Below, in pieces: positions 10,012 through 19,430 of a stretch of DNA of 64,000 nucleotides. The stretch covers positions 10,391 to 74,390 of the forward strand of contig CANRAY010000001.1 of the NCBI GenBank assembly GCA_947628735.1, written 5' to 3'. Under the pieces are notes generated by a model. The model saw only the letters and a program-made list of their open reading frames with translations. It made no database searches and was not told the DNA's origin. Every line of letters begins with the position of its first letter. Position 1 is the first letter of the stretch. The position numbers and the translations under genes are program-made. This DNA comes from an uncultured Clostridia bacterium. GTDB lineage: Bacteria > Bacillota > Clostridia > TANB77 > CAG-508.

Positions 10012-11118
10012 TTATTCGACAAAAATCGCCTTTTGACGTCTGCCTGATATATTTAGTAATAAACCAATCATAATAAAATTACTAATTAAAGAGCTTCCAC
10101 CATAACTAACAAATGGTAAAGGAATTCCGGTAATTGGTAACAATCCCATTGTCATTCCTATATTTTCTACCATATGGAAAAATAAAATTCCGGCAATTCC
10201 TATAGCAATATAGGATCCCATATCATCTTTAGCAGTTTTTGCGACATATACTGCCTTAGTAATTAAAATAACATACAAAATAATAATTCCTGCTGCTACA
10301 ATAAATCCCATTTCTTCACTAATTAATGCAAAAATAAAGTCAGTTGTTTTCGGATATAAAAAACCTAATTGTGTTTGATTTCCCTTAAACAATCCCATAC
10401 CTAATAATTGTCCTGAACCAACAGCTAATTTTGATTGTATAATATTGTATCCAGCATTTCTTGGATCCAAATCAGGATTTAAATAAACGTCTATCCTTGT
10501 CTTAGCATGTTCTGGCAATACAAAGAAATATAAAACAGGTACTAATATTACGACTAACAGTAAAGCACTTATAATATACCTTTTGCGTATTCCACCAGCA
10601 AATAACATAAAAACAAAGGCTACCACAAAAGCCAATGCAGTTCCATAATCTGGTTGTTCAATAATTAAAAATACTGGAACAGCAAAAGCAATAATGATTA
10701 AGCCTAATTTTAAAACACGATTTATTTCGTCTCTTCCTTTAGATTGTATTTTTGTCATTAACCATGCTAAAAATAATACAACAATAATCTTAGCAAATTC
10801 AGCAGGTTGGAATGAAAATGCACCAATATCAAACCAACTAGTTGCCCCATTAATAGCTCCCGTAAATAAAACTCCAACCAACATGACTAATATAATTCCA
10901 TATAAAATAGGAGAAATTTTTACTAAAACTTCATAATCAATAAAAATGGTAACAATAAGTAATGGAATACTTATTGACAACCAAATAATTTGTTTCTTTA
11001 ATTCTTCATAATCAGAATTTTGCGTTGCCGATGTTAATGCGACAATCCCTACCATAACTAACAAAATAGTACATACAAGAATGCCCCATTCTACATTTTT
11101 AAGAATCTTTCTTTTCAT
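10012..11118 (-). CDS. rodA: FtsW/RodA/SpoVE-family peptidoglycan polymerase (position suggests RodA)
   Basis: A 368-aa polytopic membrane protein with SEEMGF and LPITGIPLPFVSYGGSS motifs. It lies immediately downstream of minDE, as in many Firmicutes. Confidence 0.88.
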   Translation of the reverse strand: MKRKILKNVEWGILVCTILLVMVGIVALTSATQNSDYEELKKQIIWLSISIPLLIVTIFIDYEVLVKISPILYGIILVMLVGVLFTGAINGATSWFDIGAFSFQPAEFAKIIVVLFLAWLMTKIQSKGRDEINRVLKLGLIIIAFAVPVFLIIEQPDYGTALAFVVAFVFMLFAGGIRKRYIISALLLVVILVPVLYFFVLPEHAKTRIDVYLNPDLDPRNAGYNIIQSKLAVGSGQLLGMGLFKGNQTQLGFLYPKTTDFIFALISEEMGFIVAAGIIILYVILITKAVYVAKTAKDDMGSYIAIGIAGILFFHMVENIGMTMGLLPITGIPLPFVSYGGSSLISNFIMIGLLLNISGRRQKAIFVE

Positions 11119-11124
11119 TCTTAC

Positions 11125-11820
11125 TTATTTATCCTTTTTCTTTTTAATTTCAGTCGTTTCGTCTTTTCCCTTTTTAGATGTTTCTTCCGGTTGGCTGTCC
11201 TTTTTTTCTGTTTCTTTTTCGGCTACTTTTTCATTTTCCTTTACATTTTTTTCAATTTTTGAGCCATCTTCTTTTTCAGTTTCTACTTGTTTTTCTTCAC
11301 TCTTATTTTTCTCTTCTTGATCTTTTTTATCTTTTTTATCTTTTTTATCCTCTTTATTTTCTTTATCATTTACTTCTTTATTATCTTCTTTTTTTACTTC
11401 ACTTTTTTCGTCTTTTTCTTCAACTGCTTTTTTATTGTCTTCCTTTTTTTCTGCTTTTTGCTTTCCTTTTTTAACATTATTAGCAGTTTCCTCTACATTT
11501 TCTTTCATCTGCTTTTCCAATTTTCTTGCTTCATTTTTAATTGTAACAATAGGAATATTAGCATACAAAGCTGGTGCTCCAATTGTTCCATCTTCACCTG
11601 GTTTGTTAGTCATTCTTACATCAATTGCTTCTTCATCAATATCTATGTACTTTTTTATTACCTCAATAATTTCCTGTCTCATCATATCCAAAAAGTCAGC
11701 TGAAATATTTGCTCTATCTTGTGCCAATACTAAATGTAATCTTTCTTTTGCTGTAGTTTTTGACTTTGATTTTTCGTTTTTTCCAAATTTCTTAAAGAAT
11801 TTAGTAATGTTTTCGAACAT
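11125..11820 (-). CDS. minE: Cell-division topological specificity factor MinE with a long Lys/Glu-rich C-terminal extension
   Basis: Residues 1-95 form a normal MinE (KERLHLVLAQDR ... IEVIKKYIDIDEEAIDVRM). A low-complexity K/E/D tail of ~135 aa follows. The RBS is GGAGG. Confidence 0.85.
   Translation of the reverse strand: MFENITKFFKKFGKNEKSKSKTTAKERLHLVLAQDRANISADFLDMMRQEIIEVIKKYIDIDEEAIDVRMTNKPGEDGTIGAPALYANIPIVTIKNEARKLEKQMKENVEETANNVKKGKQKAEKKEDNKKAVEEKDEKSEVKKEDNKEVNDKENKEDKKDKKDKKDQEEKNKSEEKQVETEKEDGSKIEKNVKENEKVAEKETEKKDSQPEETSKKGKDETTEIKKKKDK
11321..11349. repeat. 3 x 9-bp tandem repeat (TCTTTTTTA) inside the minE tail
   Basis: Read directly from the sequence. It encodes the KKDKKDKKD stretch. 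Confidence 0.9.
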
Positions 11821-11838
11821 AATTTACCTCCAATAGTA

Positions 11839-12639
11839 TTAGTGTTTACCTTTTGAGAAAAAACCTTTTATTTTTGAGAAGAATCCTTCTTCCTTTCCAG
11901 GAACATTTATATCAACGTTTTCTCCTAATATTCTATTTGCAATTTCAGTATAAGCTTTACCTGATGGAGCTCTATGATTTGTTACCACAGGTTCTCCTTT
12001 ATTAGTTTGCGTAATAATATATTCATCATCTGGTACAACACCTATTAAATCTATTGACAATAAATCTACAATATCGTCTACATCCATCATTTCGCCTTTT
12101 TTTATCATTGCAGGTCTTATTCTATTAATTACTAATTCTGGATTTTTAATATCAGATGCTTCTAATAACCCTACAATTCTATCTGCATCTCTAATAGCAG
12201 AAATTTCTGCAGTTGTTACTACAATTGCTCTTGTTGCTCCAGCAATAGCATTCTTAAAACCTTGCTCTATACCAGCTGGACAGTCAATTAATATAAAATC
12301 AAACTCTTCTTTTAATTTACTGATTAATTCTTTCATTTGTTCTTCATTTATTGCACTTTTATCTCTTGTTTGAGCTGCTGGAAGTAAAAACAACTCATTA
12401 AAACGTTTATCTTTAATAAGGGCTTGTCTTAGTTTACATTTTTCTTCTACGACATCTACAATGTCATATACAATTCTATTTTCTAAGCCCATAACAACAT
12501 CTAGATTTCTTAAACCTATATCAGTATCTACTAATGCTACTTTTTTTCCTCTCAATGCCAATGCAGCACCTAAATTAGCTGTTGTTGTTGTCTTACCTAC
12601 TCCACCTTTGCCGGACGTTATGACAATAACTTCTCCCAT
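11839..12639 (-). CDS. minD: Septum site-determining ATPase MinD
   Basis: It has a deviant Walker A (SGKGGVGKTT), the MinD switch regions and a C-terminal amphipathic helix (FFSKIKGFFSK). Confidence 0.97.
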   Translation of the reverse strand: MGEVIVITSGKGGVGKTTTTANLGAALALRGKKVALVDTDIGLRNLDVVMGLENRIVYDIVDVVEEKCKLRQALIKDKRFNELFLLPAAQTRDKSAINEEQMKELISKLKEEFDFILIDCPAGIEQGFKNAIAGATRAIVVTTAEISAIRDADRIVGLLEASDIKNPELVINRIRPAMIKKGEMMDVDDIVDLLSIDLIGVVPDDEYIITQTNKGEPVVTNHRAPSGKAYTEIANRILGENVDINVPGKEEGFFSKIKGFFSKGKH

Positions 12640-12718
12640 AAATTTTCCTCCTTATTTGATTAAAACAAAACTTATTATTTTGTTTTTATTTCAAAAGTGC
12701 ATAATTCTAAACACATAT

Positions 12719-12747
12719 ATTATATACGGAAATCGTTAAAAGGTCAA
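12719..12747 (-). promoter_or_regulatory. Promoter of the minDE-rodA-dusB operon
   Basis: The minus strand reads TTGACC-N17-TATAAT. It sits between the upstream terminator and the minD RBS. Confidence 0.55.
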
Positions 12748-12754
12748 TCTTTTC

Positions 12755-12794
12755 AAACAAAAAAACATCGATTATTACTATTAAATAATAATCG
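12755..12794 (-). terminator. Terminator of the 201-aa gene
   Basis: The minus strand reads CGATTATTA-loop-TAATAATCG followed by ATGTTTTTTTG. Confidence 0.65.
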
Positions 12795-12815
12795 ACATTT
12801 TTATTTTTTATAAAT

Positions 12816-13421
12816 TTATTTATAAGCTCTAATATAATCTACATCCATTGTAACATTACTTTCTGTTGTCCAAACCCATGTCCAGCCTGTAATAGGTGAA
12901 TTTCTCCATATATTAGCATCTAATCCTAGATCAAATGTTGCTGTATGCCATTGTCCATCACAAGTTAGAGTTTTTTCTATAGTTGAATCTCCTATAATAA
13001 GTTTCATTGAACCTGCATTTGAATTTGTTTTATATTTTATATCAATATAACGATATTCTCTTGGATTAAATGAAGTTACATCTTCCATAGTAATTGTAGG
13101 ATTAACATCACTAGACCTTAATGATAAAATTCCATCTACAATATTATTTTCCGCTGTTGCTGTTAATTGAAAATTTTTCCAATCTTTAAAATCTTCAAAA
13201 TATGCCATCTGATCTGCTATTTTTTGATAAGTTTCACCAATTCGATCATTTCCTTGCTCATAAGATTCTTTAATCTTAACTATTGTCGATAACTGTGTAT
13301 TTCGCATAGAAGTCGAAGCAATATAAATAGCTGTTAAAATAATTAAAAAGCTTGTAAGAGTAACAGCCACATAAACAGCCATAGAACCCTTCTCTTCTCT
13401 CACTTTTTTCTTCATTTGCAT
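12816..13421 (-). CDS. Hypothetical membrane-anchored protein with a TadE/G-like N-terminus and a beta-sandwich-like C-terminus
   Basis: EKGSMAVYVAVTLTSFLIILTAIYI resembles the Tad_N (putative Flp pilus assembly TadE/G-like) pattern. The C-terminal ~130 aa are beta-rich and end in DVDYIRAYK. It has its own promoter and terminator, and no other tad or pilus genes are nearby. Confidence 0.4.
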   Translation of the reverse strand: MQMKKKVREEKGSMAVYVAVTLTSFLIILTAIYIASTSMRNTQLSTIVKIKESYEQGNDRIGETYQKIADQMAYFEDFKDWKNFQLTATAENNIVDGILSLRSSDVNPTITMEDVTSFNPREYRYIDIKYKTNSNAGSMKLIIGDSTIEKTLTCDGQWHTATFDLGLDANIWRNSPITGWTWVWTTESNVTMDVDYIRAYK

Positions 13422-13519
13422 AATAGAGTTTCCCGTTCCTTTCGTTCCATATTATTTATTATATAATATCAATTATATAATAATTTAAAATCATAAAATT
13501 GTCAATTCAATAAATAAAT

Positions 13520-14755
13520 TTACATTCTCTTTTTTATCCATTCAATTCTTTCTTTATGTAATAATTCTCCCACTTTTTTTCCAGATAATGATGGATTTTT
13601 CTGAAGAATATTTTTTCCTTTAACCGCTTCTAAACATTCTTCTCCAATAATATCAAAATTAATATTTTCCGGATATTTTCCATTTCGATACTGATCACAT
13701 AAAACCACTATCTTCATACCAGACAATCGTAATGGTGATTTAGACACATTTTCAATAAAATCCACTTGTTTTTTCGGAGTCATTACTGAAAACATTCCAC
13801 CTCTCATATGTTCCTTTGCTGCTGTTTTTCCACATTCTTCCCATATTTTTGGAATTCCTATACGACTTCCTAATTTAGATACTAGTTCTTCTCCCCTTTT
13901 TTCATGCCCATAATGATGTGGTAATACTTCAATTGGAGTTGTTCCTTTTCCCAAATCATGAACAAGACAGCTAAACCTTATTTTTAAATCGTTTGTTAAT
14001 AGACAAGATGCATCTAAGGAAATCATTGTATGCTGATAGCTATCTCCTTCTGGATGATATTTTTCTGGTTGTATTTTTCCAATCAAATCATAAATTTCTT
14101 TAAAATGAACATCTAATAAATCTGCTTTCCTTAAAACCTCAAAAAAAGTAGAAGGTTTGTCACTCGCCAAAGCCTTTTTAAATTCTTGAAATACCCTCTC
14201 TTTAGGCAAAGTAAACAATTCTTCCTTTAATAAATGCATTTTTTGTGTAGTCTTATCTTCTACTTGAAATTGAAACATTGAACTAAAACGTGCTACACGA
14301 TACACTCGTAAAGGATCCTCTCCAAATGCATTTGAGGTCATTCTTATAATTTTATTCTTAATATCTAGTATACCATCAAACGGATCTATATATTCATTTT
14401 TCAAAACATCTTTAGCTATTGAATTAATAGTAATATCCCTTCTTTTCAAGTCTTCTTCTATCGTAATTTTCTTATTAGTTTCAATTTCAAATCCTTTATG
14501 ACCTATTCCTATTTTTTTCTCAGTTCTTGCAAGAGCAATTTCTTTTTTATCAATTTCATATACTGGAAAACTTTTTCCTTTTAAAGTTGCTTCTGGAAAC
14601 AATTCCTCAAATTCTTTTTGTGATATTCCTACAATACAGTAATCTTCATCTTCTATTTTTCTTCCCATAATTTCATCACGAACTGCTCCTCCAACTAAAT
14701 AAAGCCTTCCTCCTATTTTTTGTATTTTTTGTGCAATTTCTGTTATTTTTTCCAT
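13520..14755 (-). CDS. cca: CCA-adding tRNA nucleotidyltransferase with an HD domain
   Basis: It has the class II nucleotidyltransferase head (LVGGAVRDEIMGR ... DEDY, RRDITIN) and a C-terminal HD region (LVHDLGK). Confidence 0.88.
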   Translation of the reverse strand: MEKITEIAQKIQKIGGRLYLVGGAVRDEIMGRKIEDEDYCIVGISQKEFEELFPEATLKGKSFPVYEIDKKEIALARTEKKIGIGHKGFEIETNKKITIEEDLKRRDITINSIAKDVLKNEYIDPFDGILDIKNKIIRMTSNAFGEDPLRVYRVARFSSMFQFQVEDKTTQKMHLLKEELFTLPKERVFQEFKKALASDKPSTFFEVLRKADLLDVHFKEIYDLIGKIQPEKYHPEGDSYQHTMISLDASCLLTNDLKIRFSCLVHDLGKGTTPIEVLPHHYGHEKRGEELVSKLGSRIGIPKIWEECGKTAAKEHMRGGMFSVMTPKKQVDFIENVSKSPLRLSGMKIVVLCDQYRNGKYPENINFDIIGEECLEAVKGKNILQKNPSLSGKKVGELLHKERIEWIKKRM

Positions 14756-14855
14756 TTATTAAATAAACCTTTCTCTTCTTACAAGAATTATATTTTTAAT
14801 ATTATATCATAACTTTTTTATGTCATTCATATTCCCAGGAAATATTATGAAACTA

Positions 14856-14884
14856 TTGATAAATTCATTAAAAAAATATATAAT
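14856..14884 (+). promoter_or_regulatory. Promoter of the lepB-holB-yaaT-fdx operon
   Basis: TTGATA-N17-TATAAT on the plus strand, about 45 nt before the lepB ATG. Confidence 0.55.
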
Positions 14885-14930
14885 AGGATAGTATAAAATT
14901 GATAAAATATAAGTACGTTAGGAGAGTATT

Positions 14931-15578
14931 ATGGAATTAAGTGCCAAAACTAAAAATATTTTAGAATGGATCTTTTGTTTTATAATTGCATTAGTTATTG
15001 CTTTATTAATACGTTTTTTCATTGGAACACCTACAATGGTTCAACAACCATCTATGTATCCAACCTTAAAACCAGGAGAACGTCTTATTTTAAATAGATT
15101 AGTTCGCACAACTCATCAAATGCCAAGTAGAGGAGATATTATCACTTTTGAAGCTCCTACTTCTGATTCTTATATATATCCAAATGATTTTGATGCTAAC
15201 AATGTTATTGCTAAATACTCGCATGAGCCAAACACTTTATGGGGTAAATTTGTTCACTACATCCTAGAACTAGGCAGAGACAGCTATATAAAAAGAGTCA
15301 TTGCCTTACCTGGTGAACATATTAAAATAGAAAATGGAAAAGTTTATATTAATGATGTGGAGCTACAAGAAGATTATCTACGTGAGGGAATTACAACTAG
15401 CACTCAAAATCGTGCTTATTGTGATTTGGTTGTTCCAGAAAATTGTGTTTTTGTTATGGGAGATAATCGTCCTGAATCTACGGATAGTAGAAATTTCGGA
15501 TGTATTCCATTAGAAAAAATAGAAAGTAAAGTTTGGATTCGCTTCTGGCCATTAAACTTATTTGGAAGTGTTCAATAA
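14931..15578 (+). CDS. lepB: Signal peptidase I
   Basis: It has the S26 motifs SMYPTL, the catalytic Lys region (YIKRVIALPGE) and GDNRPESTDSR, plus an N-terminal TM anchor. Confidence 0.92.
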   Translation: MELSAKTKNILEWIFCFIIALVIALLIRFFIGTPTMVQQPSMYPTLKPGERLILNRLVRTTHQMPSRGDIITFEAPTSDSYIYPNDFDANNVIAKYSHEPNTLWGKFVHYILELGRDSYIKRVIALPGEHIKIENGKVYINDVELQEDYLREGITTSTQNRAYCDLVVPENCVFVMGDNRPESTDSRNFGCIPLEKIESKVWIRFWPLNLFGSVQ

Positions 15579-15594
15579 TTTAGAGGAGGTATGA

Positions 15595-16521
15595 ATGAGT
15601 TTTCAGCATATTATTGGTAACAATAAAATAAAAGAATCATTATCTATAGCAATCTCTAATCAAAATATATTGCACAGTTATATGTTTGTTGGTCAAGAAG
15701 GAATTGGTAAACTTCTATTAGCCAAGGAATTTGCAAAAGCAATTTTATGTTATAATTCTTCATCAGGAGAAGCTTGCGATCAATGCAAATCTTGTATTAG
15801 TTTTCAGGACAATAATCATCCAGATTTTTTTGTAATTGATAGCCAAGATGGAAAAAGCATAAAAATTGAACAGATTCGATATCTACAAGAAAAAATAGCA
15901 GAGAAACCGATTACTTCTAATCGCAAAGTATATATTATAAATAATAGTGATTTTATGACAAAAGAAGCTCAAAACTGTTTATTAAAAACATTAGAAGAAC
16001 CACCTCAATATGCAACTATCATACTTGTCCTATCTAATGAAAATAAAATACTTAATACAATTAAGTCAAGATGTACAAAAATGAACTTTATACCATTAAC
16101 AAATGAAGAAATGATACAATACTTTCATGAAAACAATCCAGATTATTCTTTAAGCGAAAATATATTAAATGTTTGTCATGGTAGTATTGGAAAAGCTTTA
16201 AGAATTCAAAATGAGCTTGAACTTTATGATCAGCTTGATAACATATTAAACAATATTGAACATAAGGATATTGTAGACATTTGGAATAATAGTGAGATAT
16301 TATATAAAAATAAAGATTCTATATATGACTTATTAGAGTATATGAACACAATTTTTATAAACCAGTTAACCAAAAGTAATTTAATTAAATATGCAAATTG
16401 CATTTCAATTGTTGAAGATGTAAAATTAAGATTACTTTCTAATGCTAATTATGATATGTCTATAGATTATCTATTAATGAATATATGGGAGGAATTACAT
16501 GAAAAAAATGGTAGGAATTAG
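15595..16521 (+). CDS. holB: DNA polymerase III delta-prime subunit
   Basis: It has an AAA+ clamp-loader fold (GQEGIGK), a zinc module (CxxCxxC), KVYIINNSDFMTKEAQNCLLKTLEEPP and SRC. Confidence 0.88.
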   Translation: MSFQHIIGNNKIKESLSIAISNQNILHSYMFVGQEGIGKLLLAKEFAKAILCYNSSSGEACDQCKSCISFQDNNHPDFFVIDSQDGKSIKIEQIRYLQEKIAEKPITSNRKVYIINNSDFMTKEAQNCLLKTLEEPPQYATIILVLSNENKILNTIKSRCTKMNFIPLTNEEMIQYFHENNPDYSLSENILNVCHGSIGKALRIQNELELYDQLDNILNNIEHKDIVDIWNNSEILYKNKDSIYDLLEYMNTIFINQLTKSNLIKYANCISIVEDVKLRLLSNANYDMSIDYLLMNIWEELHEKNGRN

Positions 16522-17422
16522 ATTTAAAAAACCTGGCAAAATTTATTTTTTTGATCCAGAAAATCTAAATTTAAATACAAAAGATCTTGTCATTGTAGAA
16601 ACTTCAATGGGCGAAGAATTAGGAGAAGTAGTAATTAGTAAAAGAAACATGCCTGAAGAAAAAATTGTATCTCCATTAAAAAAAGTAATACGTATTGCTA
16701 CTCCAAAAGACATAAAACATCATGAGGAAAACAAAAAGAAAGAACAAGAAGCCTTCAAAATTTGTGAAGAAAAAATTAAAAAATATAATCTAGATATGCA
16801 TTTGACAGATGTAGAATATAAATTTGACAATAGTAAAATTTTATTTTATTTTACTGCAGATGGTAGAATTGATTTTAGAGAACTAGTAAAAGATTTAGCA
16901 GCTGTTTTTAAAACTAGAATAGAATTAAGACAAATTGGAGTAAGAGATGAAGTAAAAAGAATTGGTGGCAACGGAATTTGTGGTAGAGAATTATGTTGTT
17001 GTTCTTTTTTAAATGACTTCGAAACAGTATCTATTAAAATGGCAAAAGAGCAAAATTTATCATTAAATCCATCTAAAATATCTGGCAATTGTGGAAGATT
17101 AATGTGTTGTTTAAAATATGAACAACAAGCTTATGAAGACAAACTAGAAAGACTTCCTAAAGTAAATTCTATTGTAAAAACCCCTGATGGAGAAGGTATT
17201 ATTGACTCTGTTGAAACATTAAAAGAGATTGTACGTGTTAAATTTAAAGATGAGGATGATGATATATTTTACAAGAAATATCCTGCATCAGAAATTAAAA
17301 TTATTAAAAGTGCAACTACAGATACAATGAATGAAGAAGAAAAAGAGAATTTAAAAGAATTACAAGAACTAGAAAAATTAGAAATAGCAGATAAAGAAAA
17401 CGCAACAAATGATGAAATATAA
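16499..17422 (+). CDS. PSP1-domain protein (YaaT/RicT-like)
   Basis: The PSP1 C-terminal domain carries Cys clusters (CGRELCCCSF, GNCGRLMCCLKYE). It overlaps the holB stop, which is the classic holB-yaaT arrangement. Confidence 0.9.
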   Translation: MKKMVGIRFKKPGKIYFFDPENLNLNTKDLVIVETSMGEELGEVVISKRNMPEEKIVSPLKKVIRIATPKDIKHHEENKKKEQEAFKICEEKIKKYNLDMHLTDVEYKFDNSKILFYFTADGRIDFRELVKDLAAVFKTRIELRQIGVRDEVKRIGGNGICGRELCCCSFLNDFETVSIKMAKEQNLSLNPSKISGNCGRLMCCLKYEQQAYEDKLERLPKVNSIVKTPDGEGIIDSVETLKEIVRVKFKDEDDDIFYKKYPASEIKIIKSATTDTMNEEEKENLKELQELEKLEIADKENATNDEI

Positions 17423-17446
17423 ATAGATTTTAAGGAGGTGAATAAA

Positions 17447-17617
17447 ATGGCATATAAAATAACAGATAAATGTATTAGCTGTGGTGCATGTAGTGCAGCT
17501 TGTCCTGTTACATGTATATCACAAGGTGAAGACAGATATAAAATTGACCCAGAACAATGTATTTCTTGTGGAACTTGTGCAGGTATTTGCCCTGTTGGAG
17601 CTCCAGAAGAAGAATAA
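17447..17617 (+). CDS. fdx: Clostridial-type 2x[4Fe-4S] ferredoxin, 56 aa (below the ORF-track size cut-off)
   Basis: My translation is MAYKITDKCISCGACSAACPVTCISQGEDRYKIDPEQCISCGTCAGICPVGAPEEE, with two CxxCxxCxxxCP motifs. AAGGAGG lies 8 nt upstream. Confidence 0.88.
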   Translation: MAYKITDKCISCGACSAACPVTCISQGEDRYKIDPEQCISCGTCAGICPVGAPEEE

Positions 17618-17629
17618 TAATAAACATAA

Positions 17630-17668
17630 AAGAGTATAATGCTATTATTCATTATACTCTTATTTTTT
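17630..17668. terminator. Terminator after fdx; its T-run abuts the stop codon of the convergent Rpn remnant
   Basis: AAGAGTATAATG-ctattatt-CATTATACTCTT followed by ATTTTTT: a perfect 12-bp stem. Confidence 0.75.
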
Positions 17669-18373
17669 AGACTAATTTTTTTATTTCTGATTCAGACAAT
17701 TCTGTCAATTCAACAATTTCACTGATTGGTATATTTTTTTGTAGCATCCTTTTGGCTACATTCCTTTTTTCCTCTTCTTTACCTTCTTTTATACCTTCTT
17801 TCATTCCTTCTTCTCTTCCTTCTTCTCTTCCTTCTTCTCTACCCTCAGCTAAACCTTGCTCTTTGTAATATCTTTTAGCACTTTTTTCATCACGTATATA
17901 TTTTTCCTTTAAGAATGCTATTCTTTTTAATTCTTCATTCTGACTAATTTCTTTTCTAATTCTTCTACAGCTTCTTTTATCTCATTATTTTCTTTCATTA
18001 TTTTTGACTCCTCCACACTATTAGGATCATCTAAAAACATTAACCAATCTGCTATATTATCTTTTTCTCCATTTTTTATTTTTTCCCTTGCTTTTGGTAT
18101 CTCTAGTATAACTAATTCTAATTTTTCTGTCAATATACGTCTTTCGCCTTCTTCTGCCATTATCTTCCATTTTGTCCCTAGTTTTTCTATTCCCTCCATT
18201 TCTTTAAGATTAAAATCTACAATTAAAATTCCTATTGTTTTATTTAACTCTTGATATTCATCTCCCTCTTTTAATTGCTCACTGAAAGCTCGGCTCCAAT
18301 AGTATAATATTCTGTCTATTATGTTTCCAGGATTTGCTAATTGTACTTTTATGTTATTTGCAAGAAAAATCAA
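17667..18373 (-). pseudogene. Decayed Rpn/PD-(D/E)XK nuclease-family (transposase-like) gene, N-terminally truncated and frameshifted
   Basis: The 148-aa ORF (ILYYWSRAFSEQLKEGDEYQELNKTIGILIVDF ... WLMFLDDP) matches the middle of Rpn-family proteins and stops at 17927. The family's C-terminus continues in another frame down to 17667: EGREEGREEGREEGMKEG ... NIPISEIVELTELSESEIKKLV. The N-terminal catalytic part is absent. Confidence 0.7.
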
Positions 18374-18395
18374 TCGTCAAGTTTCGACATTATAT

Positions 18396-18437
18396 AATAA
18401 AAAAGGACTATTATATATTTCTAATATAATAATCCTT
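18396..18437 (-). terminator. Terminator of the oxidoreductase operon
   Basis: The minus strand reads AGGATTATTATAT-loop-ATATAATAGTCCT followed by TTTTTTATT. Confidence 0.65.
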
Positions 18438-18467
18438 TCACTTGTAATATCACTTATATCTAATTAA

Positions 18468-19424
18468 TTAGTTTTCCTTATTTGTCATAGCTTCTAGGTC
18501 TAGTAAATCTTGCCATCTTTTATCAACTTCTTGTTGAAACTCTTCAATCATCCATTCATTTCCTGGTTTAAACATATGTTTAAATCTTTTTTGTGGCTTT
18601 AAAAATTCTTCTATAGGTAATTTTTTAGCTGGTTTATATGTAATCTTATATTTACCATCTACAACCTCATATAAAGGCCAATAACATGTTTCTACAGCTA
18701 ATTTATTTATTTCCATTAACATATCTGTTGGATATCCCCATCCTCTTGGGCAAGGTGCTAATACATTTAAAAATGCTGGTCCTTTTGTATAAATAGCTTT
18801 TTCTGCTTTTTCATATAAATCTTTAAAATTATTAACTGCTATACTTTGAGCTACATAAGGAATATGGTGTGATACCATAATTTCTGATAAGTCTTTTCTT
18901 GATTGCATCTTTCCTGGAATAACACTTCCAGCTGGACTAGTTGTTGTATCTGCAAATCTTGGTGTTGCTGAAGAACGTTGAATACCTGTATTCATGTATG
19001 CTCCATTATCATAGCATACATATACCATATCATGTCCTCTTTCCATAGCTCCTGATAAACTTTGAAGGCCTATATCGTAAGTTCCTCCATCTCCTCCAAA
19101 TGCAATAAATTTTGTTTCTTTATCTTCTGGTAACTTACCTTGTCTCTTTAATGATTTATATGCTGCTTCTACACCTGAGCAAGTTGCCCCTGCGCATTCA
19201 AAAGCAGTATGAATATAAGAATCTGTCCAAGCTGTATATGGATAAATAAAACTTGAAACTTCCATACAACCTGTTGCATTTGCAATTACTGCATGATCTT
19301 CTGGTTTTAATGCTCTTAACACCATTCTAGCTACTGCTGGTGCTCCACAACCTGCACACATTCTATGACCTGCTGTAAATCTAGATGGTTTCTCTGCAAT
19401 TACTTCTTTTAAATTATATGCCAT
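18468..19424 (-). CDS. porB: 2-oxoacid (pyruvate-type):ferredoxin oxidoreductase, beta (TPP-binding) subunit
   Basis: It has a CAGCG motif near the N-terminus and GGDGGTYDIG (TPP binding). It is the last gene of a gamma-delta-alpha-beta operon. Confidence 0.9.
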   Translation of the reverse strand: MAYNLKEVIAEKPSRFTAGHRMCAGCGAPAVARMVLRALKPEDHAVIANATGCMEVSSFIYPYTAWTDSYIHTAFECAGATCSGVEAAYKSLKRQGKLPEDKETKFIAFGGDGGTYDIGLQSLSGAMERGHDMVYVCYDNGAYMNTGIQRSSATPRFADTTTSPAGSVIPGKMQSRKDLSEIMVSHHIPYVAQSIAVNNFKDLYEKAEKAIYTKGPAFLNVLAPCPRGWGYPTDMLMEINKLAVETCYWPLYEVVDGKYKITYKPAKKLPIEEFLKPQKRFKHMFKPGNEWMIEEFQQEVDKRWQDLLDLEAMTNKEN

Positions 19425-19430
19425 ATTCTT

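Noticed and set aside
11081-11836. Four overlapping plus-strand ORFs (11081-11320, 11178-11474, 11287-11703, 11435-11836)
   Set aside because: They are antisense to the KE-rich minE tail, where AAR/GAR codons read as F/L/S on the other strand. They overlap each other in different frames and have no start signals.
17269-17652. 127-aa minus-strand ORF
   Set aside because: It is antisense to the end of yaaT and to the ferredoxin gene. The ferredoxin reading (two CxxCxxCxxxCP motifs and a strong RBS) explains the region.
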